Source: Myxococcota bacterium | Lineage (GTDB): Bacteria; Myxococcota_A; UBA796; CAJQPC01 | Reading direction: 5' to 3' | NCBI GenBank assembly: GCA_036229005.1 | Contig: JAZAMN010000052.1 | Coordinates: forward strand, 352,001-416,000 | Length of the DNA: 64,000 nucleotides | Shown: positions 17,655-28,580 of the stretch, piece by piece | How positions within the stretch are numbered: the stretch's first letter is position 1 | How the letters are laid out: each line of letters begins with the position of its first letter | The notes under the pieces: generated by a model | What the model saw: the letters and a program-made list of their open reading frames with translations, nothing else | What the model was told of the DNA's origin: nothing | Databases searched by the model: none | Translations under genes and position numbers: made by a program

Positions 17655-18398
17655 CTACTTGAAGCTCTTGACCAGCGCGTCCTGGAGCTGCTGCTCCACA
17701 GCGATCAAGGCGTCCTCGGTCTCGGCGGAGTTGGCCTGGAAGGTGTTGGTGTACAGGAAGCGAGACTGCAGATCCGCCCAGGCGACGGGCCGCTGCTGGC
17801 CCAGGTCGTAGAGCACCCAGTACACCCGCCCCCGGGCGCCGGCCTGGCAGCCCATGTGCTGGCCGTAGAACCAGCCGGCGTTGTGCGAGTAGTAGCTGAC
17901 CACGAAGGGAACCAACAGGTGGTCACCCTGGGCGCTGACGGCGGGCATCGGCGGCGGGGTCAGCTCGAAGCGGGGCAGGTTGACGTTGTCGGTGCCGTCC
18001 AGGGGGTGGCTGCCGCGCACCCGCTTGGTCTCGGGCATCTCCACGACCAGCTCGGGCAGCGGCGTCCAGGTGGCACCCCGGGCATCCAGCGCGGCCCCGA
18101 TGGCCTGCTGGGTGAAGTCCAGCGCGAGCTCGGTGTAGGGGGCCTGAGCGCCCGTCTCGATGAGCTTGGAGTGGGTCTGGATGCCGTAGTCCCCCACCTC
18201 TTCTTGCACGTAGCCGCCGGAGTGGACCAGGTTGCCCACGAACACGCCGTCGACAAAGGGGCTCTCCGAGTGGCTGGCCATCACCTGCACCGGGGCCACC
18301 AGGACCGTGCCGAGCTCCTTGGGGAGCGCGTTGCCCTGGTCCACCAGGGTGTCGGGGGGCGTCTTGTAGATGCAGGCGATGGAGAGCAGCAGGGTCAT
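17655..18398 (-). CDS. Hypothetical lipoprotein
   Basis: LSIAC lipobox; ATGA-coupled to the radical SAM gene. Confidence 0.75.
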   Translation of the reverse strand: MTLLLSIACIYKTPPDTLVDQGNALPKELGTVLVAPVQVMASHSESPFVDGVFVGNLVHSGGYVQEEVGDYGIQTHSKLIETGAQAPYTELALDFTQQAIGAALDARGATWTPLPELVVEMPETKRVRGSHPLDGTDNVNLPRFELTPPPMPAVSAQGDHLLVPFVVSYYSHNAGWFYGQHMGCQAGARGRVYWVLYDLGQQRPVAWADLQSRFLYTNTFQANSAETEDALIAVEQQLQDALVKSFK

Positions 18399-21016
18399 GG
18401 GCGCAGCTCCTGGGCCTGGATCTCGACCTCACCGGGCTGCAGCCGCGTGCGGCGCTTGAGGATGCGCGTGCGGGCGGGGTCCAGCTCCAGGAGCCCGATG
18501 ATGTCGCGAGGCCGGGCCATACGGCCGCCGATGTTCTTGGTGCGCAGGTCCACGATGGCGGTCTCGGCGTCCTCGCTGGGGCGCACGGAGAACTCCTCCA
18601 GGAAGGGCATCAGGTCCAGATCCTTGAGCTGCTTGGGGGCCCGACGCCTCCCAGTGCGGCCGCCTGAGCGGCGCTTGCCCTTGACCTTGACCTGGATGAT
18701 GAGCTCCTCCTGGTCCATGAGCTCGGCGACCCGGGCCGCCAGTTCCTTGACGGGCGCGACCGTGATCAGCGAGTACTCGGCCCCATCGACGGCGGCCTGG
18801 AGGCTGGGGGCCTTGAGCTTGACCTCCTCGCAGCCCAGGACCAGGAAGCCAGCCGGCAGCACGGAGCGCAGGCGCTGGAAGAGCTCCTGGGGATCCACCC
18901 GCTCGCTCAGGCGGATGTCCATGTACTCGCCGGTGCTCTCCTCGCCGGTGGGCAGCGCTGCGGAGAACTGCACCCGCGGGTGGGCGTGGAAGCCCTGGGT
19001 GTAGGACATGGGGGCGCGGGCCCGCCGCAGCGCGCGCAGCCAGGCGTTCATGAACTCCAGGTGACCCAGGAAGCGGGCCTGGTCGACGCGTCCCACGCGG
19101 AAGCGCAAGCGCTGGGCGACGGGGGGCTCCTCGCTGACCTCGGCGGCTGCGGGGCGCACGTAGTCGGCCTCTTCCTTGCGGGCCTCGATGTTGTCCCGCA
19201 GCATGTGGGCGCACAGGTCGCGCTCGACGTCGATGACGCCGCACTTGTGGCACTTCTTGGCCCGGCAGTCGGGGGCGTGCTCCAGAGCCATGGCCCGGGC
19301 GTAGTCCTCCTGGAACCACTGCTTGGGCATCATGATGTCGATGTGGTCCCAGGGCAGCCGCTCGTTCAGGTCGCGCTCCCGGAAGGCGAAGGCCACGTCG
19401 AAGCCGGTGTCCTCGATGGCCTTCTCCCAGGCCGCGAAGTTCAGGTGCTCCTCCCAGGCGTCGAAGCGGGCGCCGTTGCGCCAAGCCGCCTCCAGCAGGT
19501 CGGCGGTGCGCCGGTCCCCGCGAGTGATGAGGCCCTCGATCCAGGTCTCGCGGGAGTTGTGGCGACCGAACTTGATGCCCCCGACGCGGCGGAACTTCTC
19601 ACCCAGCAGCGCCTGCTTGGCCTCGGTCTCCTCCATGTCGATCTGGGGGGCCCACTGGAAGGGCGTGAAGGGCTTGGGAACGAAGGTGGAAACCCCAGTG
19701 TTCACGCGGGCCTTGGGGTTGATCTCTCGACCCAGCTTGAGGGTCTTGAGGGTGAGGTCCGCGATGGCGTTCACGTCCTCATCCCGCTCACTTGGGAGCC
19801 CGATCATGAAGTAGAGCTTCACGTGGTTCCACCCCAGGCTGTAGGCCTGGGCGCTCATCTCCAGCAGCTCCTCATCGGGGATCCACTTGTTGATGAGGGC
19901 GCGCAGGCGCGGGCTGGCGGCCTCGGGCGCGAAGGTGAGCCCGCTGCGGCGCATGTCGGCCACCCGGTCGGCCAGGCCCACCGAGAAGGAGTCCAGGCGC
20001 AGGCTGGGCAGGCTCACGCTCACCCGACGCTTGGCGGCCTGGTCGGCCACCCGGTCCACCATCGAGCGCACGCGGGAGTAGTCGCAGGTGCTCAGGGACA
20101 CCAGGGAGACCTCCTCGTACCCGGTCTTCTCCAGCGTCCGGACCATCAGCGACTCGATGTTGTCGATGCTGCGCTCGCGCACCGGGCGCGTGGTCATGCC
20201 GGCCTGGCAGAAGCGGCAGCCCTGGGTGCAGCCCCGGAGGACCTCCAGGCTGACGCGGTCGTGCACCTGCTGGGTGAAGGGCACGATGTAGTCGACCGGG
20301 AAGGTCTCGCCGTCCAGATCGCGGGTGATGCGCTTGCGGATGGGCTCCGCGCCCTCGGCGGGCAGGATCTGGCCGTCCTCGCACAGCTCCATCGGGTAGA
20401 GCGCCGGGACGTAGACGCCCTCGAGCTGGGACAGGGCCACCAGCCTCTCGCGGCGGGTCTTGCCCTTGTTCGCCTTCATCACCCGCGCGATGTCGCGCAC
20501 GGCGTCCTCTCCGTCACCGATGACGAAGAAGTCCATGAAGGGCGCCAGGGGCTCGGGGTTGAACACCGCCGGACCGCCCGCGAAGCACAGCGGATGATCC
20601 TCGCCTCGATCCTCGGAACGCAGAGGTATCTGCCCGAGATCCAAGAGGTTCAGGATGTTCGTGTAGGTCAGCTCCGACTGCAGGGTGAAGCCCAGCCCGT
20701 CGAACACGTCCAGGCTCTCCTGGGACTCGTTGGCGAACATCGGGAGCCCGCGCTCGCGCAGGGCCTGCTCCATGTCCGGGGCCGCAGCGTAGACCCGCTC
20801 GCACCAGACCTCGGGGTCCTGGTTCAGGATGGCGTACAGGATGTGGACGCCCAGGTTTCCGAGCCCGAGATCGTAGAGATCCGGGAAGGCCAGCGCGATG
20901 CGGAGCTGGACCTCTTCGGGATCCTTGTGGACGGCGTTCAGCTCGGTGCCCAGGTAGCGAGAGGGCTTCTCGACTCGGGGGAGGATCTCCTCCTGCAGGA
21001 CAGTGCGGAGCTTCAT
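18395..21016 (-). CDS. B12-binding radical SAM protein (TIGR03960-type) fused to a TIGR03936/DUF2344-type C-terminal domain
   Basis: VEKPSRYLGTELN, RGCTQGCRFCQAG, TFAPEA, FVPKPFTPFQW, LPWDHID; C-terminal RFLGHLE...YTQGFHAHP...ES.GEY. Confidence 0.92.
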   Translation of the reverse strand: MKLRTVLQEEILPRVEKPSRYLGTELNAVHKDPEEVQLRIALAFPDLYDLGLGNLGVHILYAILNQDPEVWCERVYAAAPDMEQALRERGLPMFANESQESLDVFDGLGFTLQSELTYTNILNLLDLGQIPLRSEDRGEDHPLCFAGGPAVFNPEPLAPFMDFFVIGDGEDAVRDIARVMKANKGKTRRERLVALSQLEGVYVPALYPMELCEDGQILPAEGAEPIRKRITRDLDGETFPVDYIVPFTQQVHDRVSLEVLRGCTQGCRFCQAGMTTRPVRERSIDNIESLMVRTLEKTGYEEVSLVSLSTCDYSRVRSMVDRVADQAAKRRVSVSLPSLRLDSFSVGLADRVADMRRSGLTFAPEAASPRLRALINKWIPDEELLEMSAQAYSLGWNHVKLYFMIGLPSERDEDVNAIADLTLKTLKLGREINPKARVNTGVSTFVPKPFTPFQWAPQIDMEETEAKQALLGEKFRRVGGIKFGRHNSRETWIEGLITRGDRRTADLLEAAWRNGARFDAWEEHLNFAAWEKAIEDTGFDVAFAFRERDLNERLPWDHIDIMMPKQWFQEDYARAMALEHAPDCRAKKCHKCGVIDVERDLCAHMLRDNIEARKEEADYVRPAAAEVSEEPPVAQRLRFRVGRVDQARFLGHLEFMNAWLRALRRARAPMSYTQGFHAHPRVQFSAALPTGEESTGEYMDIRLSERVDPQELFQRLRSVLPAGFLVLGCEEVKLKAPSLQAAVDGAEYSLITVAPVKELAARVAELMDQEELIIQVKVKGKRRSGGRTGRRRAPKQLKDLDLMPFLEEFSVRPSEDAETAIVDLRTKNIGGRMARPRDIIGLLELDPARTRILKRRTRLQPGEVEIQAQELRP

Positions 21017-21074
21017 GGTGACCTCGGGGGTGGACGGGTCGGACAGCGGGCGCGACCCGCTGACCAAGTGCTGC

Positions 21075-21103
21075 GATATAGGGCAGGTCATCGAGGGCGG
21101 CAA
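21075..21103 (-). promoter_or_regulatory. Putative sigma70 promoter for the radical SAM gene
   Basis: TTGCCG-17 nt-TATATC on the minus strand, about 60 nt upstream of the ATG at 21016. Confidence 0.45.
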
Positions 21104-21147
21104 GCCCTCTCCTCCCCTCCCCTCCTGCTCCCTCGGCGTAGCGCTCG

Positions 21148-22098
21148 GTGTCCACGAGAAACAAGCGATCGGCGCCCCGATTCGGGGTCTACCGCCCCAC
21201 CACGGCGGACAGCTTCCACCTGCCCGGTGGGGAGCGGACCCGCGCGGGCAGCGAGCTGAGCTTCTGTAGCTGGAACATCCACTTCGGCGCCGGCCCCACC
21301 GCGGACGACGCCAGGCGCTTCCCCCTGGGGCAGATCACGGCGAACCTGGATCGCATCGTCGAGACCGTGCGCGAGCGCGAGGTCCAGCTCCTCGCCGTCC
21401 AGGAGGTCGACCGCGACTCCCACCGCAGCGCGAACCTGGACCAGCTCGACTACCTGCGCGAGCACACGGGCCTGCGCCACGTCGCGTTCGCCACCACCTG
21501 GGACGCGAGCTGGGTGCCCCACCCGGTGACCGCGCCGCCCAGCCAGCAGTACGGGCGCATGTGGTCGGGGCAGGCGATCCTCAGCGAGTTCCCCATCGTC
21601 CACCAGCGCCGCCACGCGCTCCCCCAGCCGGCGCGCCAGGGCTGGCTCTACAACCGCTTCTACATCCACCGCTGCGTCCAGGAGGTCGTGCTCGATCTCG
21701 GTGAGCAGCGGCAGCTCCGGGTGTTCAACGTGCACCTGGAGGCCTTCGACAAGGCCAACCGCCGCCAGCACGGCCGCATCTTGGCGCGCTTGCTCAAGGG
21801 CGACAGCGGCCTCTGCCTGGGCGACTTCAACGCCCTGCCTCCCGACGCCACCAAGCTGACCGCCTTCGCCGATGAGCCGGAGATGGACTTCCAGGGCGAC
21901 GACACCCTCTCCCAGATCGAGCGAGCGGGCTGGATCCGCCACGGAGGCGGGGGGCCCACCTTCCCGGCCTCTGGGCCCTCGCGCCGCCTCGACCACCTCT
22001 TCGCCAGCGAGGACATGCGGGTGCAGGGCGGTGAGGCGCTGATCCAGGAGAGCCCGCCCTCCGACCACCTCCCCCTCTTCGGCACCCTGGAGATCTGA
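21148..22098 (+). CDS. Endonuclease/exonuclease/phosphatase family protein
   Basis: SWNI, VQEVD, NVHL, GDFN, RLDHLF, SDHLP. Confidence 0.92.
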   Translation: MSTRNKRSAPRFGVYRPTTADSFHLPGGERTRAGSELSFCSWNIHFGAGPTADDARRFPLGQITANLDRIVETVREREVQLLAVQEVDRDSHRSANLDQLDYLREHTGLRHVAFATTWDASWVPHPVTAPPSQQYGRMWSGQAILSEFPIVHQRRHALPQPARQGWLYNRFYIHRCVQEVVLDLGEQRQLRVFNVHLEAFDKANRRQHGRILARLLKGDSGLCLGDFNALPPDATKLTAFADEPEMDFQGDDTLSQIERAGWIRHGGGGPTFPASGPSRRLDHLFASEDMRVQGGEALIQESPPSDHLPLFGTLEI

Positions 22099-22674
22099 GT
22101 GCTGCGCCTGTCCTCCGAAAGCTCCGCCCGCTGGCTGCAGCGCGCCCTTGGCGACATGGACAGCATTCTGCTGGACCACGCCCACTGCGAGAAGAAGGCC
22201 GCGAGCACCGCGGTCAACATGATCTTCCGCTACCAGGACCTGCCCGAGCTGATGATGCCCCTGTCCGCCCTCGCACGCGAGGAGCTGGAGCACTTCGAGC
22301 GCGTGATCACCATCATGCGCAAGCGGGGCCTGGAGTTCCAGCGGCAGGTCCCCTCCCCCTACGCGGCCGAGCTGCTCAAGGTCTGCCGCAAGGATCGGGA
22401 CGGGCGCCTCGTGGACACCCTGATCTGCTGCGCCTTCATCGAGGCCCGCTCCTGCGAGCGCATGAAGCTGCTGGCCGAGAACCTGGAGGACGCCGAGCTC
22501 GCGCGCCTCTACCGCAGCCTGCTGGCCAGCGAGGCCCGGCACCACCAGATGTACCTGGATCTCGCCGGCGCCTACGTGGACCGGGAGACCCTGCGCGCCC
22601 GGGTGGTCGAGATCTCGGCGCACGAGGCGAAGGTCATCGCCGAGGCCCCCGACATGGTGCGCATGCACACATGA
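22099..22674 (+). CDS. miaE: tRNA-(ms2io6A)-hydroxylase
   Basis: LLDHAHCEKKAA, REELEHF, IEARSCER, SEARH. Confidence 0.93.
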   Translation: MLRLSSESSARWLQRALGDMDSILLDHAHCEKKAASTAVNMIFRYQDLPELMMPLSALAREELEHFERVITIMRKRGLEFQRQVPSPYAAELLKVCRKDRDGRLVDTLICCAFIEARSCERMKLLAENLEDAELARLYRSLLASEARHHQMYLDLAGAYVDRETLRARVVEISAHEAKVIAEAPDMVRMHT

Positions 22675-24425
22675 GCTGGCTGGAGCGACACGGGCACTGG
22701 GCCCTCCTGGCGCTGACGCTGCTGGCATTCCTGCCGGCGCTGGGCGGCGACTTCTGCTGGGACGACCGGGCTCTGGTCCTGGGCAACGCGGTGACCGCGG
22801 ACCTGTGGGGCAACCTGGGCACCTACTTCACCGCGGATCTCTGGCAGACCCTGGAGATCGCGGGCACGGACTCCGGCTACTACCGGCCGCTGATGCTGCT
22901 CTCGCTGGCGGTGGACCGGGCGATCGCGGGCCTGTCTCCGGCCTTCGCCCACGCCCACTCCCTGGCCTGGCACCTGGCGGCCGTCGGCGCCCTGATCGCC
23001 GTGCTCCGCCGGGTGCTGCCGCCTCTGCCCGCGCTCCTCGCGGCCACCGTTTTCGCGCTCCACCCGCTGCAGATCGAGACCGTCGCCCTGGTCGCGGCCC
23101 GCAACGACGCCATGGCCGCAGCGCTGGGGCTCGGTGCGCTCTGGTTGGTCCTCGACGACACCAACAAGCCCGTCCCACTGCTGGGCGCCGGGGTGCTGAC
23201 CTGGTTGGCCATGCTCTCCAAGGAGACCGCGGTCCTGCTCCCCCTCTTCCTGTTGGCGCTGGACTGGGCGCGCTGGGGCCGTCCGCAGGGGCTCTGGCGC
23301 TACGTCTCGCTGGCCATGGGTGTGGGGCTCTTCCTGCTCATGCGCACCATGGCGGGCATCTCGGGGGGCCTCCCGGAGGGTGACGTCTGGGGCACACTGC
23401 TGGGCTCCGTGGTTGACCTCAGCGCGATCTACCTCTCCCTGCTGACGCTGCCCTGGCCGCTCACGCCGGCCCGCCACATCCTCTACCTGCCCGAGCACAT
23501 GGGCCGCTTCTACGCGCTCGGGGCCCTGACGCTGGCGGGGCTGGTCCTGGCCGTCTGGAAGGGTCGGGACCGCAAGCTGGTGCTCGCAGGGCTGGCCTGG
23601 GCGCTGCTCTCCTTCGCCCCCACTCTGGTGGCCACCGCCGACAAGGGCCTGATGGGCGAGCGCTACCTGTACCTGCCCCTCGCGGGCCTGGGCCTCGCGC
23701 TGGCGGCTGCGCTCCCTCTGCGCCCCAAGCTGCCGTTGGTGGTCGCGGGCGTCTTCGCGGCGCTCAGCGTGGGCATCATCGAGCTGCGCCTGCCCGATTG
23801 GAAGGACAGCCGCACCCTCTGGGAGGCCGCGCACCGCGTCGAGCCCAGCCCCTTCACCCACGGCGGCCTGGGCTGGTACGTGTACGACGCCGGGGACTAC
23901 GCCCAGTCGCGCGAGCACTTTGTCGGTGCGGTCAGCGGTCAGCCCCCCTACCGGGACGCCTGCACCCACCTCATCATGGTCGAGCTGCAGCTCCGCAACC
24001 CCGCCGAGGCCGTCAAGCAGGGCGCCTGGGGCCTCCGCGACCGGGCCTGTCCGCGCATCCCCGAGACCCTGGGCTACTGGGCCATTGCGCTCGCCAGTGT
24101 GGGCCGCTGGGACGACGCCGTGGATGTCGCCCGCGAGATGCAGGCCGACCCCTTTGGGCACAAGCTCATCATCGCCGGTGCCGTCTTGGCGCTGCGTCAG
24201 GACTTCCCGGGCTACGACCGCGTCGAGGCCAACTGGAAGGCCCGCGAGCCCATGACCCCCCACGTGGCCCGCCTGCTACGCACTGCCGGCGAGCACCAGT
24301 CCGCCGATCTCGTCGAGGCCTGGAAGGACGGCCGCCTCCAGCGCGTCGACCCCAGCACCCTGGACGCGGAGACCATCCGCGCCGTCGAAGCGAGCGGAGG
24401 TGCGGTCATCCAGGCGCCCAGGTGA
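22671..24425 (+). CDS. GT-C fold glycosyltransferase, TMTC-like, with TPR-like tail
   Basis: FCWDD, YYRPL, FALHPLQIETV..VAARND, LSKETA, ERYLYLP; many TM helices. Confidence 0.85.
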   Translation: MSWLERHGHWALLALTLLAFLPALGGDFCWDDRALVLGNAVTADLWGNLGTYFTADLWQTLEIAGTDSGYYRPLMLLSLAVDRAIAGLSPAFAHAHSLAWHLAAVGALIAVLRRVLPPLPALLAATVFALHPLQIETVALVAARNDAMAAALGLGALWLVLDDTNKPVPLLGAGVLTWLAMLSKETAVLLPLFLLALDWARWGRPQGLWRYVSLAMGVGLFLLMRTMAGISGGLPEGDVWGTLLGSVVDLSAIYLSLLTLPWPLTPARHILYLPEHMGRFYALGALTLAGLVLAVWKGRDRKLVLAGLAWALLSFAPTLVATADKGLMGERYLYLPLAGLGLALAAALPLRPKLPLVVAGVFAALSVGIIELRLPDWKDSRTLWEAAHRVEPSPFTHGGLGWYVYDAGDYAQSREHFVGAVSGQPPYRDACTHLIMVELQLRNPAEAVKQGAWGLRDRACPRIPETLGYWAIALASVGRWDDAVDVAREMQADPFGHKLIIAGAVLALRQDFPGYDRVEANWKAREPMTPHVARLLRTAGEHQSADLVEAWKDGRLQRVDPSTLDAETIRAVEASGGAVIQAPR

Positions 24426-24436
24426 GGAGGGGGGAG

Positions 24437-24474
24437 CAGGGGTCAGGAGTCAGGTATCGGGTCTCAGGTATCAG
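24437..24474 (+). repeat. Heptamer tandem repeat (CAGGTAT-like, 5 copies), left arm
   Basis: CAGGGGT CAGGAGT CAGGTAT CGGGTCT CAGGTAT CAG. Confidence 0.8.
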
Positions 24475-24616
24475 TCAGCCGCCCTGTGGCCCGGGCGAAG
24501 CCTCGGGCCCTCCTCCCGATACACCAGAGGTCGGCTGCCTCAACCGTTCCTCCCAGGCACCTCCGTCATCGCAGGTCCCCGGTCGCCGGCCCCCAGTCGC
24601 CGCGTACCGCCAAAAC

Positions 24617-24665
24617 GCCCCTGAGACCTGATACCTGATACCTGATACCTGATACCCAATCCCCG
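24617..24665 (-). repeat. Heptamer tandem repeat (about 7 copies), right arm, inverted relative to the left arm
   Basis: GCCCCTG AGACCTG ATACCTG ATACCTG ATACCTG ATACCCA ATCCCCG on the + strand. Confidence 0.88.
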
Positions 24666-24674
24666 GAAGCTCCC

Positions 24675-25541
24675 TCAGATCCGCAGATCCCCCGAATACA
24701 GCGGAACCCAGTACTTGCCCCCATCCACCAGGATGGGCTCCCCGCTCAGGGTCACCCGGTCGCCCTGCTTGAGCACGCAGGTCACGGGCTCGCGGGCGTT
24801 CCAGCCGTTGCCCTTGCGGGGGTAGTCGGCGCGGACGTTCTTGGAGTGCTGCAGCACGTAGTCGCCGCCCTGCTGTCCCTCGAAGGGGAAGCCGGCGTAC
24901 CAATAGCCGACCAGGCGGCCCTCGGGTCCACCGCAGCGGCCCTCGACCCAGTCGCCCTCGCTGCTGGGGGCCTCGTTGTCGACCCCCTGTGCTGGCGGGG
25001 TGGGGTTCACCGAGGGCTCAGGCGGTGGGCCAGGAGGCTCTGAGGCGCTCCCGACCTGCTCGCCCACCTCTCCAACATCGGCCTGCGCGGGCGTCTCAGT
25101 GACATCCTGCCTCGGCGAGGTCACCGGCGCGACAACCGCAGGCGCGACCGCAACCGCAGGCTCCGGCTCGGGGACCCGCTCCTTGATGTGGCGCTCCGAG
25201 GTCGCGAACCAGGCCGCGGCGCCGGCGCCCAGCGCGATGAACACGCCCAGCGCGATCAGCGCCTTGCCCAGGGGCAGCTTGGACTCTTCTGTGAAGGTCT
25301 CGGCGACGTCCGCCAGGGAGTCGTCCTCGGGGCGCAGAGCCGCGGCGGCCTGCACCAACACGCCCAAGCGATCGTGCTGCTGGGCGGCGGCGAGGAGCAC
25401 CAGCCACGCGGGCAGCGCCTCGCTGGGGAGGACGGTGTCCAGGCCCGTGGATCGCACCAGCGCCTGGCGGTCTTCGGGGGCCGGGAAGCGCCGAGAAAAG
25501 AACTCGGCCAGCTCTTCGAGGTCTTGGGCTTGTAGCTGCAC
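24675..25541 (-). CDS. Membrane protein: EAD1-like N-terminal domain, TM, Pro-rich linker, C-terminal SH3-like domain
   Basis: MQLQAQDLEELAEFFSRRFP...WLVLLAAAQQHDRLGVLVQAAAALRPEDDSL; TM ALIALGVFIALGAGAAAWF; NVR...VLKQGDRV...YWV. Confidence 0.65.
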   Translation of the reverse strand: MQLQAQDLEELAEFFSRRFPAPEDRQALVRSTGLDTVLPSEALPAWLVLLAAAQQHDRLGVLVQAAAALRPEDDSLADVAETFTEESKLPLGKALIALGVFIALGAGAAAWFATSERHIKERVPEPEPAVAVAPAVVAPVTSPRQDVTETPAQADVGEVGEQVGSASEPPGPPPEPSVNPTPPAQGVDNEAPSSEGDWVEGRCGGPEGRLVGYWYAGFPFEGQQGGDYVLQHSKNVRADYPRKGNGWNAREPVTCVLKQGDRVTLSGEPILVDGGKYWVPLYSGDLRI

Positions 25542-25596
25542 AGCCGACCTATAGCGCGCCGCCCACCCCCCGGTCCAAGGCGATACAGAAGGAAGG

Positions 25597-27663
<2,067 letters not shown>

Positions 27664-27730
27664 GGCCGTCACAGAGCCCAGGCATGATTCGCGCGTCCGA
27701 GGGGTTGGCCCCTCGCCCAAGGAGCACCCC

Positions 27731-28573
27731 ATGACCCTCTCCCGTCCCCTCCTGCTCGCTCTCCCCCTGCTGGGCGCCCTCGTGTTCGCCGGCCAGGCCC
27801 TGGGCGAGGACTACGGCCCGCCCCCGACCAAGGCCACGGTCAAGTCGGTCTACGACGGGGACACCTTCACGCTGGCCACGGGGGACAAGGTGCGCGTGTC
27901 CGCGGTGAACACCCCGGAGCTCAAGCCCGCCGAGGCCTACGGCGTGGAGGCCCGAAACGCGGCTGAGAGCTTCCTGGCCGGGAAGGAGGTGACGCTGTCC
28001 TATGGCGCGTCCTCCCGCGATGGCTATGGCCGCCTGGTGGCCTGGGTGGAGGTCGACGGGCGCTCGCTTGAAGAGGAGCTGGTCGAGAAGGGCTTCGCCC
28101 ACACCTTCCTGATCCCGCCGGTGGACGTGGGAGACCCCGACGCGCTGTTGGCTGCGCAGAAGCGCGCGAAGGCCGCCGGCCGCGGGATCTGGAGTCTGGA
28201 CACCTACCAGGGCTCCCTGCACATGACCTCCTTCCACGCGAACGCTCCGGGGGATGACCGGGAGAACGTGAACGGCGAGTACATCCGCGCCTGCAACATC
28301 ACTGAGCAGCCGCTGAACGTGGACGGCTACCGGATCGCCGACCTGTCGGGCAACAGCTACACCTTCCCCGCGCTGATTATCCCGCCGGGGCACACGGTGA
28401 AGATCAAGTCCGGCCACGGCGACCACCAGACCAACCCGGCCGAGCAGCTCGAGATCTACCTGGGCAGCGACCAGCCGATCTGGAACAACAAGCAGGACCG
28501 CGCGACCATCTACGACAAGTTCGGGAAGGTCGTGGACGTTCGGCACCACGAGGTCAAGAAGGCCAGCAACTGA
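27731..28573 (+). CDS. Secreted thermonuclease (SNase) with lamin-tail domain
   Basis: VYDGDT, VR..VNTPE, DGYGRLVA, GRGIW; C-terminal NGEYI...IWNNKQD. Confidence 0.92.
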   Translation: MTLSRPLLLALPLLGALVFAGQALGEDYGPPPTKATVKSVYDGDTFTLATGDKVRVSAVNTPELKPAEAYGVEARNAAESFLAGKEVTLSYGASSRDGYGRLVAWVEVDGRSLEEELVEKGFAHTFLIPPVDVGDPDALLAAQKRAKAAGRGIWSLDTYQGSLHMTSFHANAPGDDRENVNGEYIRACNITEQPLNVDGYRIADLSGNSYTFPALIIPPGHTVKIKSGHGDHQTNPAEQLEIYLGSDQPIWNNKQDRATIYDKFGKVVDVRHHEVKKASN

Positions 28574-28580
28574 GGGGCCT

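Noticed and set aside
18395..21016. Radical SAM fusion as a novel RiPP system
   Set aside because: It matches the known TIGR03960/TIGR03936-type fusion, and no precursor peptide or transporter is adjacent.
18980..21259. Long antisense ORFs (759 aa here; also 25549-27732, 55346-57601, 49440-51305 and others)
   Set aside because: These are shadow frames of high-GC3 genes, with no recognisable motifs.
24617..24665. CRISPR array
   Set aside because: These are 7-bp tandem units with no spacers and no cas genes.
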